Made by a program: the position numbers and the translations under genes. This document shows positions 24,010-35,251 of a DNA stretch of 35,251 nucleotides, piece by piece. The notes beneath the pieces are model-generated. The model worked only from the letters and a program-made list of their open reading frames with translations, did not search any database and had not been told where the DNA came from. Source of the stretch: Chiloscyllium plagiosum (Eukaryota); contig NC_057754.1 of NCBI RefSeq assembly GCF_004010195.1, positions 10,591,659-10,626,909 on the forward strand, given 5' to 3'. The first letter of the stretch is position 1, and every line of letters starts with the position of its first letter.

Positions 24010-25670
24010 ACTGCTCAGGTCTGCTCTAGGGTCGGTGATTCACCCTGACCAAACCTGTGCTGTGCCAGGCAGGAAGATCGCTGAGAGTCTCGCACTCCTC
24101 AGGGATACGATTGCCTACGTGCAGGACAGAGGGTTGGACACCTGCCTGATCAGCCTGGACCAGGAGAAAGCCTTTGACAGGATATCACACAGGTATATGA
24201 GAGATGTTCTCTCCAAAATGGGCTTTGGGGAGAGAATCTGCAATTGGATCAGACTGCTCTACACCAACATTGTCAGTGCAGTCTCAATCATTGGGTGGGA
24301 ATCAGATAGCTTCCCAGTCAGATCAGGAGTCAGGCAGGGCTGCCCTCTCTCTCCTGCCTTGTTTATGTGCTGCATAGAGCCATTTGNNNNNNNNNNNNNN
24401 NNNNNNNNNNNNNNNNNNNNNNNNNNNNNNNNNNNNNNNNNNNNNNNNNNNNNNNNNNNNNNNNNNNNNNNNNNNNNNNNNNNNNNNNNNNNNNNNNNNN
24501 NNNNNNNNNNNNNNNNNNNNNNNNNNNNNNNNNNNNNNNNNNNNNNNNNNNNNNNNNNNNNNNNNNNNNNNNNNNNNNNNNNNNNNNNNNNNNNNNNNNN
24601 NNNNNNNNNNNNNNNNNNNNNNNNNNNNNNNNNNNNNNNNNNNNNNNNNNNNNNNNNNNNNNNNNNNNNNNNNNNNNNNNNNNNNNNNNNNNNNNNNNNN
24701 NNNNNNNNNNNNNNNNNNNNNNNNNNNNNNNNNNNNNNNNNNNNNNNNNNNNNNNNNNNNNNNNNNNNNNNNNNNNNNNNNNNNNNNNNNNNNNNNNNNN
24801 NNNNNNNNNNNNNNNNNNNNNNNNNNNNNNNNNNNNNNNNNNNNNNNNNNNNNNNNNNNNNNNNNNNNNNNNNNNNNNNNNNNNNNNNNNNNNNNNNNNN
24901 NNNNNNNNNNNNNNNNNNNNNNNNNNNNNNNNNNNNNNNNNNNNNNNNNNNNNNNNNNNNNNNNNNNNNNNNNNNNNNNNNNNNNNNNNNNNNNNNNNNN
25001 NNNNNNNNNNNNNNNNNNNNNNNNNNNNNNNNNNNNNNNNNNNNNNNNNNNNNNNNNNNNNNNNNNNNNNNNNNNNNNNNNNNNNNNNNNNNNNNNNNNN
25101 NNNNNNNNNNNNNNNNNNNNNNNNNNNNNNNNNNNNNNNNNNNNNNNNNNNNNNNNNNNNNNNNNNNNNNNNNNNNNNNNNNNNNNNNNNNNNNNNNNNN
25201 NNNNNNNNNNNNGGCCTGTTCCCCGGGATGCACACTGAGACGAGCATCAACTGTGCCTGGTGGATCATCAACTCGGTGAAGGACGCTCTCTGGGTGGTCC
25301 GAAACCTGCTGATCTTCCAGCTGAAGGAGTTGACCCCGACTGAGTGTTGCAGACTGGCACATTCCATGGTCCAGGACTACGTGTTGAGGGACGTGCTGAA
25401 GCTTGGGGCAGCTGCCGCCAAGGCGCGGTGGGGAAAGACCACTGTGTAAAGTCTGCCTGCCTAACGAAGAACAGGGGGCCCATGCAGTCATTTGGGCTCT
25501 GCTGATGCCTCAGCTAATTATATGGGCATATGATCAAAAAATGTACAGACCTGTATAAAAATGATAAGGTTTGATTTCTGTATGTACATGTTTACATATG
25601 TAGGGCATGACCAACTGTACAGACCATCAAATTATTTTATGAATAAAGTATATTTTTGAAATAAAAAAAA
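24010..25670 (+). mobile_element. 5'-truncated Tx1/L1-clade LINE
   Basis: RT IHPDQTCAVPGR..SLDQEKAFDRISH..GVRQGCPLSPALF; C-terminus ..KDALWVVRN..RWGKTTV*; AATAAA 25642 plus poly(A); ACAGAAT direct repeat at 24003-24009 and 25671-25677; spans a gap. Confidence 0.88.
24387..25212. other. Assembly gap (826 N)
   Basis: Run of N. Confidence 1.
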
Positions 25671-25954
25671 ACAGAATTCACACTAGAATTTAAAAGAAAA
25701 TTGGGAGAAATTGCTTGTTCACAGATGTCGGACAGAGGAGCAAGTTTCAGTCTGGGTGAAGCTCAATCTTCATTCAGAGAGAGAGGAGCAGCAGCAGTAA
25801 CCTTGCTAGGCAGCAATGAACAGTTTGAGAGGCTCATGATTCAACATTCATGCTCAGACAACAGAGAAACTCTGGTTCAGTGTGCATCTGGTTTCTTGCT
25901 GTTTCCATTGCTCACATGACCGAATTATGACGGAATTAGGGCAGAACACGGATC

Positions 25955-26112
25955 CAAGGGGGGCGTTGCTCTATCAATGAACTCATGACGTATGAAACAT
26001 TCAGCCAGTAGAATAACAGGGCGAGGTGATCACAATCCAATCATATAGCAGGAGCTGCTTCGCCCAAATAGAGTCTCTGCACATGCGCAAATGTTGGTTC
26101 CCTCATGCGGAC
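25955..26112. promoter_or_regulatory. Decayed promoter-like block
   Basis: GC-box-like GGGGCG, CRE-like TGACGTA ~25987, CCAAT ~26037, NRF1-like TGCACATGCGCA 26078-26089. Confidence 0.35.
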
Positions 26113-28685
26113 ATCATCAAGCTGTTGAAGGAGCAGTGTTCCCAAATAAACAGGTTAGACTATAACATGGTGTATGATTTTTAGCTTTTGTGGGAGCAGT
26201 GGAATAGGTGACTGTGACAGTGAACACCAGAAATGCCTCCAGGGAAGAAGATTTGGGCTAAAAGCCAGGAGATAATTGGATGAATTAGTGTTCCAAACTT
26301 AAGTAAGGAAGGAGTATTGGGGATACAGAGATTTATACTTTTTATCTGAGAAGCATACTCAGACCATCCAGAATGTCTATACAGTACATACAATACCCTT
26401 TTCTGAGGCCACATTCTTCTTGACCAATCACCATGGATCGTGGATGATTTTCTTCCATTCCAGGCTTGTGGGTCCTGAGATTATTCAATAGTTCAGTACC
26501 AAATCCACAAGCACTGCCACATATTGGGTGGGTGACATTTGCTGAGTGGAGTGTGTGTGATGCTCAGATTTTCACAAGCTTCTTCTGTTGTTAATGTTTG
26601 TACTTCATATGGCCTTGTTGGCCTGGTCCATGCTGACCAGGTAGCCTAAATTAATCTAGTCACATTTGCCAGCATTTGGGCTATATCCCTCTAAACACTC
26701 CTATTATTGTACCCATCCAGATATCTTTTAAGTGTTCTAATTGTATCCGCCTCTGCCAGCTCATTCTATTAACACACCATCGTCGGCATGAAAAAGTTGC
26801 CCCTTATCTCTTTTCCCTCTCACTGTAAACCTATGCCTTAGTTTTGATCGCCCCTACCTTGGGAAATAGACCTTGGATATTCAACCTATCCATGCGCTTC
26901 ATGATTTTGTAAATCATTAGAAGGTTTCCCCTCAGCCTCTGACATAACGGGGAAAATAGCCTTAACGTATTCAACCTCTCCATTTAGCTGAATTCCTCCA
27001 ACCATGGCAACATCCTTGGAAATATTTTCAGAACCCTTAGAAGTTTAACAATATATTTCTTATAGCAGGAAGACCAAAACTTAACACAGTATTCCAAAAG
27101 TGGTCCAACCAATGTCCTGTACAGCCACATCATGATATCCCAACTCTTCAACTCAATGCACTGACCAATAAAAGCAAGTGTACTAAATGCCTTCTTCACT
27201 ATCCCATCTCCCTGTGACTCCACCTTCAAGGAATGATGAACTTGCACCCAAGGTCTCTTTGTTTGACAGCATTTCCCAGGACTCTACCATTAAGTGTATA
27301 AGTCATGCCATGATTTGGCAACACCTCACATTTATATAGATTAAACTCCATTTGTCATTCAGCAGCCCATCTGATCAAAGTCCCATTGTACTCTGAAATA
27401 ACCTTCTTTACTGTCCACTGTACAGTCAATTTTGGTATTATCTGTAAACTTACTAACCATTCCTTCTATATTCACATCTGATGCAGCACCAAATCCTGTG
27501 GCACACTACTGATCACAGGCCTCCAGTATAAAAACAATCCTCCACCACCATCCTATCTCCTACCTTATAGACAAATTTGTATCCAATGGCTATTTCTCCT
27601 TGGATTCCATGTCATCTAACCTTACTAACCAGTCTACTATGCGGAACCTTGTCAAATGCCTTGCTGCAGTCCATATAGACAACATGCATAGTTCTATCAT
27701 CATTAATCATCTTTGTCACTTCTTCAAAAAACTTAATCAAGTTCATGAGACATGATTTCCCATGCACAAAGCTGTGATGACTATTCCTAATTGGTCCTTG
27801 GCTTTCCAAAAGCCCATAGATCCTGAGGTACAGGATCTCCTCCAATAACTTACCCACCACTGACATCAAGCTCACTGGCCTCTAGTTCCCTGACTTTTCC
27901 TTACAACCTTTCTGAAAATACGGTGTCATATTAGCCACTCTCCAGTCTTTTGGCACCTCACCCACGGTTATTGCTGATATAAATAATTCAGCAAGGGGCG
28001 CAGCAATTACTTCCCAAAGATATATCCACCTTTATGTGTTTTAAGACACTCAGCTCCTCCTCCTCTTACATATGAACACTTTTCAAGATATCGCTCATTT
28101 TTTTCTCCAATTTCTCTCGTTTCCATATCCTTCGTCACAGTAAATACTGATGCGAAATACTCCCTTCATATCTCGCCCATCTCCTGCCTTGTTAATCTTT
28201 AAGACCCCGTAATCTCCCTGGTTACTATTTTGCCCTTAATATATTTGTAGAATCTCTTTGGATTCCCTTATTTGCCAAAGCTATCTCGTGTCACCATTTG
28301 CCCTCCTGATTTCCCTCCGGAGTAGACAGTACTCCTACTGGCCATATACTCCTCTACAAATTCACTTGATCTCAGCTGTCTGTACCTGCAATGTACTCCT
28401 TTTTTTTGACTATAGCCTCAATTGATCTAGTCATCCAGCATTCCCTACACTCCCCAGTCTTGCCCTTCACACTGCTAGGAACATATTGCTTCTTGACTCT
28501 CATTAGCTCATTTTTGAAGGTCTCACTCCTTCCATCCGCCCCTTTACTTGTGAATAGCCTCTCCCAATCCGCTTTTGAAAATTCTTGCCTAATACTTCAA
28601 AATTGGCCTTGCTCCAATTTATAACTTTAACTTTTAGATAAGATCTATCCTTTTCCATATCTATTTTAAATCTAACAGAATTATG

Positions 28686-29004
28686 GAGCGGCATGGTGGC
28701 TCAGTGGTTAGCACTGCTGCTTCACAGCCCTGAGGACCCGGGTTTGATTCCAGCCTCAAGCAACTGTCTGTGTGAAGGTTGCACTTTCTTTCCGTGTCTA
28801 CATGGGTTTCCTTCAACAATCCAAAGATGTGCAAGTCAGGTGAATTGGCCATGCTAAATTGCCCAGAGTTTTCATGGATGTGTATATTAGCTGCGTTAGT
28901 CAGAGGTAAATATGGGATATTAGAGTAGGGGAATTAGTCTGAGTTGGTTACTCATTGGAGATTTGGTGTGGACTTGTTGGGCTGAAGGGCCTGTTTCCAC
29001 ACTA
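28686..29004 (+). mobile_element. V-SINE (HE1-like), older copy
   Basis: TGGCTCAGTGGTTAGC A box, GGTTTGATTCC B box, CR1-like tail. Confidence 0.88.
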
Positions 29005-29119
29005 TGATGATCACTGGCCCTACAGTGTTCACCCACTGATACCTAAGTCATTTGTTTTGCCTTACCTCCTGAGATAAGGTCAGATTTTACTCCTTCTCTA
29101 GTAGGTTCATCCATATACC

Positions 29120-29599
29120 TGTTTTAAAAAATTCTCAAGGTCAAGGACCAGGCTCGCAGGAAAGTAGTCTGACACAGAACAAACAGCCAAGAGGCGAGTC
29201 TGCTAGAATATAAGTGTTTTATTCCCCGCAGCGTCGCCACAACCAGGTCTCGTACTTACAACGGGTCTGGTTTATACTCAGTCTACGTGTTACCGGAACT
29301 GGGAGCCGTCAGTTCTCGTAGAGCGGTTGCCAACAACCCACGCTCGGCGGTTAAACGCAACCCCGGAGCAGATTCTACCGAACTGGAGACTTTTCCAGCT
29401 GATATACTCTTTTCGAGATCTAAACATTCATGTGAACAGCAGAGCAAGGCTGAAAAACACATTCCATTCTGGTCACATACAGATAAGAAGATTCACACGG
29501 GAAGGTGTGTAATAAGATTCACACGGGACTAAGCGACACCTTCCATTTTCGGTTAGATTCACACATGTATTGGGACACAATTTTAACCCTTTCACCACA
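29120..29599 (-). mobile_element. Solo LTR, 480 bp
   Basis: TG...CA termini; perfect 5-bp TSD ATACC (29115-29119, 29600-29604); minus-strand TATAAA 29271-29276 and AATAAA 29218-29223; host CR1 resumes on both sides. Confidence 0.85.
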
Positions 29600-30061
29600 A
29601 TACCGAATGAGACATTTTGCTTGTACACACTGAACAATTTCCTCTCCATCTAACCCCTTAACAGTACGGCAGTCCCAGTCTATGTTTGGAAAGTTAAAAT
29701 CATGGCCATTACAAGCCTGCATTCTTACAGATATCTGAGATCTCCTTCCAATTTTGTTTCTCAATTTCCTGCTGACAGTTGCAGGTATCTATAATACAAT
29801 CCCATTAAGGTGCTCATCCCTTTCTTATTTCCAAGTTCCATCTAAATAAGTTAACTGAACGTACTTCCAGGAATACCCTCCCTAAGTACAGCCGTAATGT
29901 TATCTCTAATCAAAATTACTACTGCCCCTCCTCTCTTGCCCGTTTTTATCTTTCCTATAGCATTTATACCCGGGAACATTAAGCTGCCAGTCCTGCGCTT
30001 CCCTCAGCAACGTTTCTGTAATAGCTAAGATATCCCAGTCCTATGTAGCCAATCATGCCCT

Positions 30062-30487
30062 TTTTTTAATTCATTCATAGGATGAGGGCATCGCTGACTA
30101 AGACAGCATTTATTGCCCATCCCAAACCAATCAAGCTGTGGGTCTGGAGTCACATGTAGGCCACAACATGCAAGGATGGCAATTAAGGAGATTAGCGAAC
30201 CAAAAAGGGTTTTTCTGACAATCGACAATGGATTCATGTCATTGTTAGACTTTTAATTCTAGGTGTTTATTGAATGTAAAATCCACCATTTGCCACTGCA
30301 GGATTCAAATCAGCATCCTCACAACATTATCTGGGTCGATGGTTTAACATTCCTAATGAAGGGCTCTGGCCCGAAATGTTGATTTTTCTTCTCCTCGGAT
30401 GCTGCCTGACCTCCTGTGCTTTTCTAGCACCACACTCTCAACCCTCTGGTTTAACAATCGAGTGATAATACCACAGGCCATTACCTC
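30062..30487 (-). mobile_element. Second tRNA-derived SINE family (fragments also near 3680-3745, 15810-15895, 19370-19490, 33225-33300)
   Basis: Decayed B box on minus near 30300-30312; 3' end 'gggatgggcaataaatgctg...atgaatgaatt' plus A tail shared with the other fragments. Confidence 0.65.
30350..30446 (+). mobile_element. 97-bp PLE-derived mini-element starting at a hammerhead motif
   Basis: 10-bp TSD TGGTTTAACA (30340-30349, 30447-30456); CTAATGA-a-gggc(tctg)gccc-GAAA-tg-TT; related to the 21273 family. Confidence 0.75.
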
Positions 30488-31280
30488 CCTACGATACATG
30501 GATTCCAAATAGGCAAGGAGTGTTCACTCACAGAGACTGATCCTGAATTGTGGCACACTATCACAGGTTGTGGAAACACAACACCCTCCAGTATTTCAGT
30601 TCCAATGTATCATCTCCATGATTCATTTGTAGTTTGGAAACACCACCAAAAATAGCATTCATTTACCACAGCACAATGTAAATTCATTCTTAAAAAATGG
30701 ATTATATACACAATCACTAACAAAACAGTGTGTTAACACAACAAATTCCTTGAAGAAAAGTCACTCTTTTTAAAATTATAAGATCTGTGCTGAGCCAGTA
30801 ACCCCCAGGATTTCAATCTCACCTCCATTTTAGAACAAACTGGGGTAACTTCCCCTCAAACATTAATCTACCACAATCCCATCTCTTTTTTCCCCTATAG
30901 TGAATCCATTAGAAGAAATGGATTGCTCACAACTTTACCGCTTTGGGATAACTTTCTTTAGAGAAGAACAAACCATTTTCACCAATGCAGCTGGTTTACT
31001 TTTTAATCACGGACAATTTGCCTTTAAATGTTCTTCCCTAAGAAAAGGAAAACATATCAGTCCTTTTGACTTCCTTCCATCTTCTACACCATGTTTCTCA
31101 CCACCTCAGTGAGAATCTGTTCTTTCACTTCTGCTGCCTTTTCCACAATACTTTGATTCCCATTCACTCTCCTACCATTTCACTTTATAGATCCTGTTTG
31201 CGTTTGTAACTAATGGTTTGCTGCACCGAGATGTCTGTGAGAACAGAAGAAGAGTCAGTAGATCTGAAGTATAACTTGGC

Positions 31281-31368
31281 TTTCTCTCCAGAGATGCTGC
31301 CAGACCTACTGAGTTTCTCCAGCAATTTCTGTTTTTGTTTCTGATTTCCAGCATCTGCAGTTCTTTGT
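31281..31368 (+). mobile_element. Penelope-like tail fragment
   Basis: 'ctctccagagatgctgccagacctactgagtttctccagcaatttctg...ccagcatctgcagttctttg' matches the reverse complement of 1900-1985. Confidence 0.65.
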
Positions 31369-31849
31369 TATTGACTATTCAAGTGGCTACTTCCTCCCAC
31401 AAGGCTGACTGCCTTTCAGTGAGGTCACTTTTGGACATTTGTTCCCCTACAGTGCAACTAGTAAAATTGCCCTGCTTTATTTCCCCTCAAACTCTCAACC
31501 AAGTGAGATATCGACTACTCAAGAGCAAATTTGTAACAGTCTTCTGTGAGAAACCCAAAATATGTTCAGCAAAAGAACCTGGTAAGCCCCGTAACCCATC
31601 GCTTTGACAACATAATGATCTATGTGTGGTTCCAAACAGAAATGCAAATTAAATACTATGTATCTTGAAAGCAGTAACTGAATTGGTGATCCATGTGATC
31701 GCACATAAACTATCTTTTGGAAAAAATACTCTAGGTGATCAGCCCATTGGAATAAAAGTTGTGAAACCCTCTGACTCTCCATTTCACCCACTGTCAGAGT
31801 GAACTTGTTTAGTCCTGGATGTGATTACAGCAGAATCCAAACGCTGACA

Positions 31850-32430
<581 letters not shown>

Positions 32431-32814
32431 GCTCTCATTGTGGTGCATAGGTCATGTTGCTTTTCTGGTCACAATGATGTTTAAAAACTTCTGAAGCAGC
32501 CAGACATTTCTCCTGCTCGATTGACAGGCCAATGCATTTCAGATCCCAAAGAATCAAGCAGCTGTGCAAAACAGATTCATAAAAGTCATTATCACTTTCA
32601 GTCCAGATTAAAGAGTCAGAACACACAATTCTAGTTTCAATCAATATTCTTTCCTCTTTTGCTCCCCAAAAATCTCTCATGTTCGAACACATTGTCTTGA
32701 CACTCACTCTGCTGTACCTGATATACACTCACTAAATTCTCCAAAAGGTGATAATTTATGCTGAGTGTACATATTTGGTGGACTAAAATGAGTAATCCAC
32801 AGTGCTGTAATTAC

Positions 32815-33132
32815 AGAATCCCTATACTGTGGAAACAAGCCCTTCGGCCCAACAAGTCCACACCAACCCTCCAAAGAGTCACCCACCCAGACCCATACCC
32901 CTACACCTGACTAATGCATCTAAACTACATATCCCTGAACACTATGGGCAATTTAGCATTGCCAATTCACATAACCTTCACATCTTTGGATTGTGGGAGG
33001 AAACCACAGGAAACCCACACAGACACAGGGAGAATGTGCAAACTCCACACAGCCAGTTGCTCGAGGTTGGAATCGAACCCAGGTCTCTGGTGCTGTGATG
33101 CAGCAGTGCTAACCACTGAGCCACCATGCCAC
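32815..33132 (-). mobile_element. V-SINE (HE1-like), full length
   Basis: A/B boxes (GGTTCGATTCC), V-domain, CR1-like tail. Confidence 0.9.
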
Positions 33133-33523
33133 TCATCATGAATGATGAGACATACATGAAGAATGTGAAAAATAACTTTATTTGGACAGCAAGCAACCAA
33201 GACCTGGACTGCTTTCTTTTTATAATTATTCAAAGGAAGTGGACATCATTGTTTAGGCCAGCATTTATTGCATGTCTCTATCTGCGCCTGACAAGGTGGC
33301 TGTAAGGTTGAAACAAAAACAATCAGTGATTTGAAATTGAAATCTGATGGTCATCTAATGGATATTGCAGCGGTACAAGCATGCAGAGGATCAAATGGGA
33401 CTGACTGGATTGGTTTAGTGTTAGTGTGGACTCAAAACATGAATGGTGTCCTGTGTCATTAATGGCCTTTAATTGTAAATGTATTATGTAGCCACAGTAT
33501 TGTAATACAACATTAGAAACAAT

Positions 33524-33689
33524 GATTAGATTAGATTCCCTACAGTGTGGAAACAGGCCATTCGGCCCAATCAGTCCACACCAACCCTCCGAAGAGTAAC
33601 CCACCCAGACCCATTCCCCTACTAATGCACCTATCATTATGGGCAATTTAGCATGGTCAATTCACCTGACCTGCACATCTTTGGACTAT
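33524..33689 (-). mobile_element. V-SINE 3' half
   Basis: (TTAGA)n tail and 'cagtgtggaaacaggccattcggccc'. Confidence 0.85.
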
Positions 33690-33760
33690 GATAATAGCTC
33701 TTTGTTTATAGATCTATAAACAATATGTCAAATATCTATCATATAATAACACAAGAAAAT

Positions 33761-33974
33761 GTTAAAAATCACACAACACCAGGTTATATCCAACAGATTT
33801 ATTTGGAAGCACTAGCTTTCAGAGCGCTGCTCTTTCATGAGGTACACAACCACCTGAAGAAGGAATAGCGCTCTGAAAGCTAGTGCTTCTAAATAAACCT
33901 GTTGGACTATAACCTGGTGTTGTGTGATTTTTAACTTTGTTCACGCAATCCAACACCGGCATCTCCAAATCATG
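33761..33974. mobile_element. Short Penelope-like fold-back insertion, same family as 2892-3565
   Basis: Arms ~33761-33843 and ~33852-33935; same ~40-nt tail; 12-bp repeat ACAAGAAAATGT at 33751-33762 and 33975-33986; degenerate hammerhead in each arm. Confidence 0.85.
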
Positions 33975-34419
33975 ACAAGAAAATGTATAATTTTTGGTCC
34001 ACTTAAGAATCAGCTTTTCCACAAGTAAACCATTCTTTTAATTGTGAATATTAAGAAAGAGGCCATCCTTTTAGCCAGACAAGAACATTTGTCAAACTGA
34101 GTGAGCAAAAGATGTCGTGTCTATAAGAAAGAGAGGAAGAGGAACCAACCTTTTCAAAATCTGCACCCTCCTGGATTCACTCTCTTTCTCTTAGGTTACT
34201 GCTAGTGAACAGCTTCCCCCTTCCCTGCCAATTTGGTGCATAGAGCAGGCAGTTTCAGTCTGTAGCTCTTTTTTCTCCAGTCACAGTGCTGTCTGGAGCA
34301 AACGGAATGGTTAATTATTTCTCCTTTTCAGATTCAAAGTATGATGATATGCATATCCAATGGGTTGAATGACTGTCAGATCTTCAGATTAAGATTTTTT
34401 AAAGACTTATGTCTTCAAA

Positions 34420-34546
34420 GGCGAAAGTGAGGTCTGCAGATGCTGGAGATCAGAGTCGAGAGTGTGGTGCTGGAAAAGCATAGCAGGTCAGACAGCATCC
34501 GAGGAGCAGGAAAATCGACGTTTCGGGCAAAAGCCCTTCATTAGGA
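34420..34546 (-). mobile_element. 127-bp PLE-derived mini-element starting at a hammerhead motif
   Basis: TSD TATGTCT(T/G)CAAA (34408-34419, 34547-34558); auc-CUAAUGA-a-gggc(uuuu)gccc-GAAA-CG-UC-gau. Confidence 0.8.
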
Positions 34547-34824
34547 TATGTCTGCAAATCCTATCCTGTAGATCCTCCAGTGCCTTGTAAAGGGAATTTG
34601 CCTAAGTACTCGCTAGAAATCAGAGTGATGGATTATTTCAAAATTTATTGGCTGGGGTTCTTGAAGGAAATAAACTTGCAAGGCTTTAGAAGTTGGATGG
34701 GAATAATGGTTCCAAATTTACTGCCCCTTAAATCCTGAGCATCTCTATAGAAACCCTATAATTGTGAACATTCAGGAAGAGGTCATCCTTTTGGCCAGGC
34801 AAATAAATGGGTGAAGCTAAGAGA

Positions 34825-34927
34825 TCACTGTGAATGATGAAACTTATCCCAGGGAAGAGTGAGGGAAGATTCCTTCACCCACTTCAGTGCGGAATCCAGC
34901 CGATTGACGGCAGCCGCCGACCAATGG
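34825..34927 (+). promoter_or_regulatory. Paralogous copy of the 10716-10817 promoter module, cut by a CR1
   Basis: Collinear TCACTGTGAATG...GCCGA(C/T)TGAC(A/G)GCAG-N7-CCAAT. Confidence 0.55.
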
Positions 34928-35251
34928 ATTACTAAGAAGGAAATACGCAGAGGAAAAATGAGGTACGAAGGTAAACTGGCCAATAATATAAAGGAGGACA
35001 GTAAAAGCTTTTTTAAGTATGTGCAAGGCAAAAAAATGGTTAGGACTAAAATTGGGCACTTGAAGACAGAAACAGGGGAATATATTACGGGGAATAAAGA
35101 AATAGCAGAAGAATTAAATGGGTACTTCAAATCTGTGTTCACTGGGGAAGACACAAGCAATCTCCCTGAGGTAACAGTGGCTGAAGGACCTGAACATAAG
35201 GGAATCTATTTTTGCCAGGATTTGGTGTTGGAGAGACTGTTAGTTCTGAAG
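34926..35251 (+). mobile_element. 5'-truncated CR1 ORF2, runs off the right edge
   Basis: TKKEIRRGKMRYEGKLANNIKEDSKSFFKYVQGK..EIAEELNGYFKSVFT, the CR1 APE-RT linker. Confidence 0.88.

Larger units (their letters stand above)
26615..30060 (-). mobile_element. Older CR1 LINE (APE plus RT), with SINE and solo LTR inserted
   Basis: YMDCSKAFDKVPHSRLVSKVR; LYRTLVGPLLEYC; DFNFPNIDWD; collinear with 19518-23180. Confidence 0.9.

Noticed and set aside
24035..25491. Long ORFs spanning the second gap as a host gene
   Set aside because: Flanks are Tx1-like RT and C-terminus; frame continuity cannot be judged across Ns, and the gap size is only an estimate

Overview
Eukaryotic, repeat-dense genomic DNA. 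The V-SINE/HE1-like SINEs, CR1 families and ZNF style point to a cartilaginous fish, probably a shark (inference). The window is part of a tandem C2H2 zinc-finger cluster: one intact 18-finger gene (16141-17715, +), three decayed paralogues (about 5.2-6.0 kb +, 18.7-19.35 kb +, 31.85-32.43 kb -) and several CpG/NRF1/CCAAT promoter-like blocks. Most of the rest is nested retroelements: CR1 LINEs (one near full-length with an SGNH-esterase ORF1), a Tx1/L1-clade LINE, a Rex1/Babar end, two tRNA-SINE families, two solo LTRs and many Penelope-like (PLE) termini. There are two assembly gaps. The most notable non-coding signal is a set of about nine minimal hammerhead-ribozyme motifs from three PLE families with co-varying stems. 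They lie in three long fold-back insertions, two tiny TSD-flanked ribozyme-headed mini-elements and one isolated terminal fragment. A promoter module (TGAC-N12-CCAAT) and a post-stop motif are shared between dispersed ZNF paralogue loci. All family names come from motif recognition by eye, not database searches.
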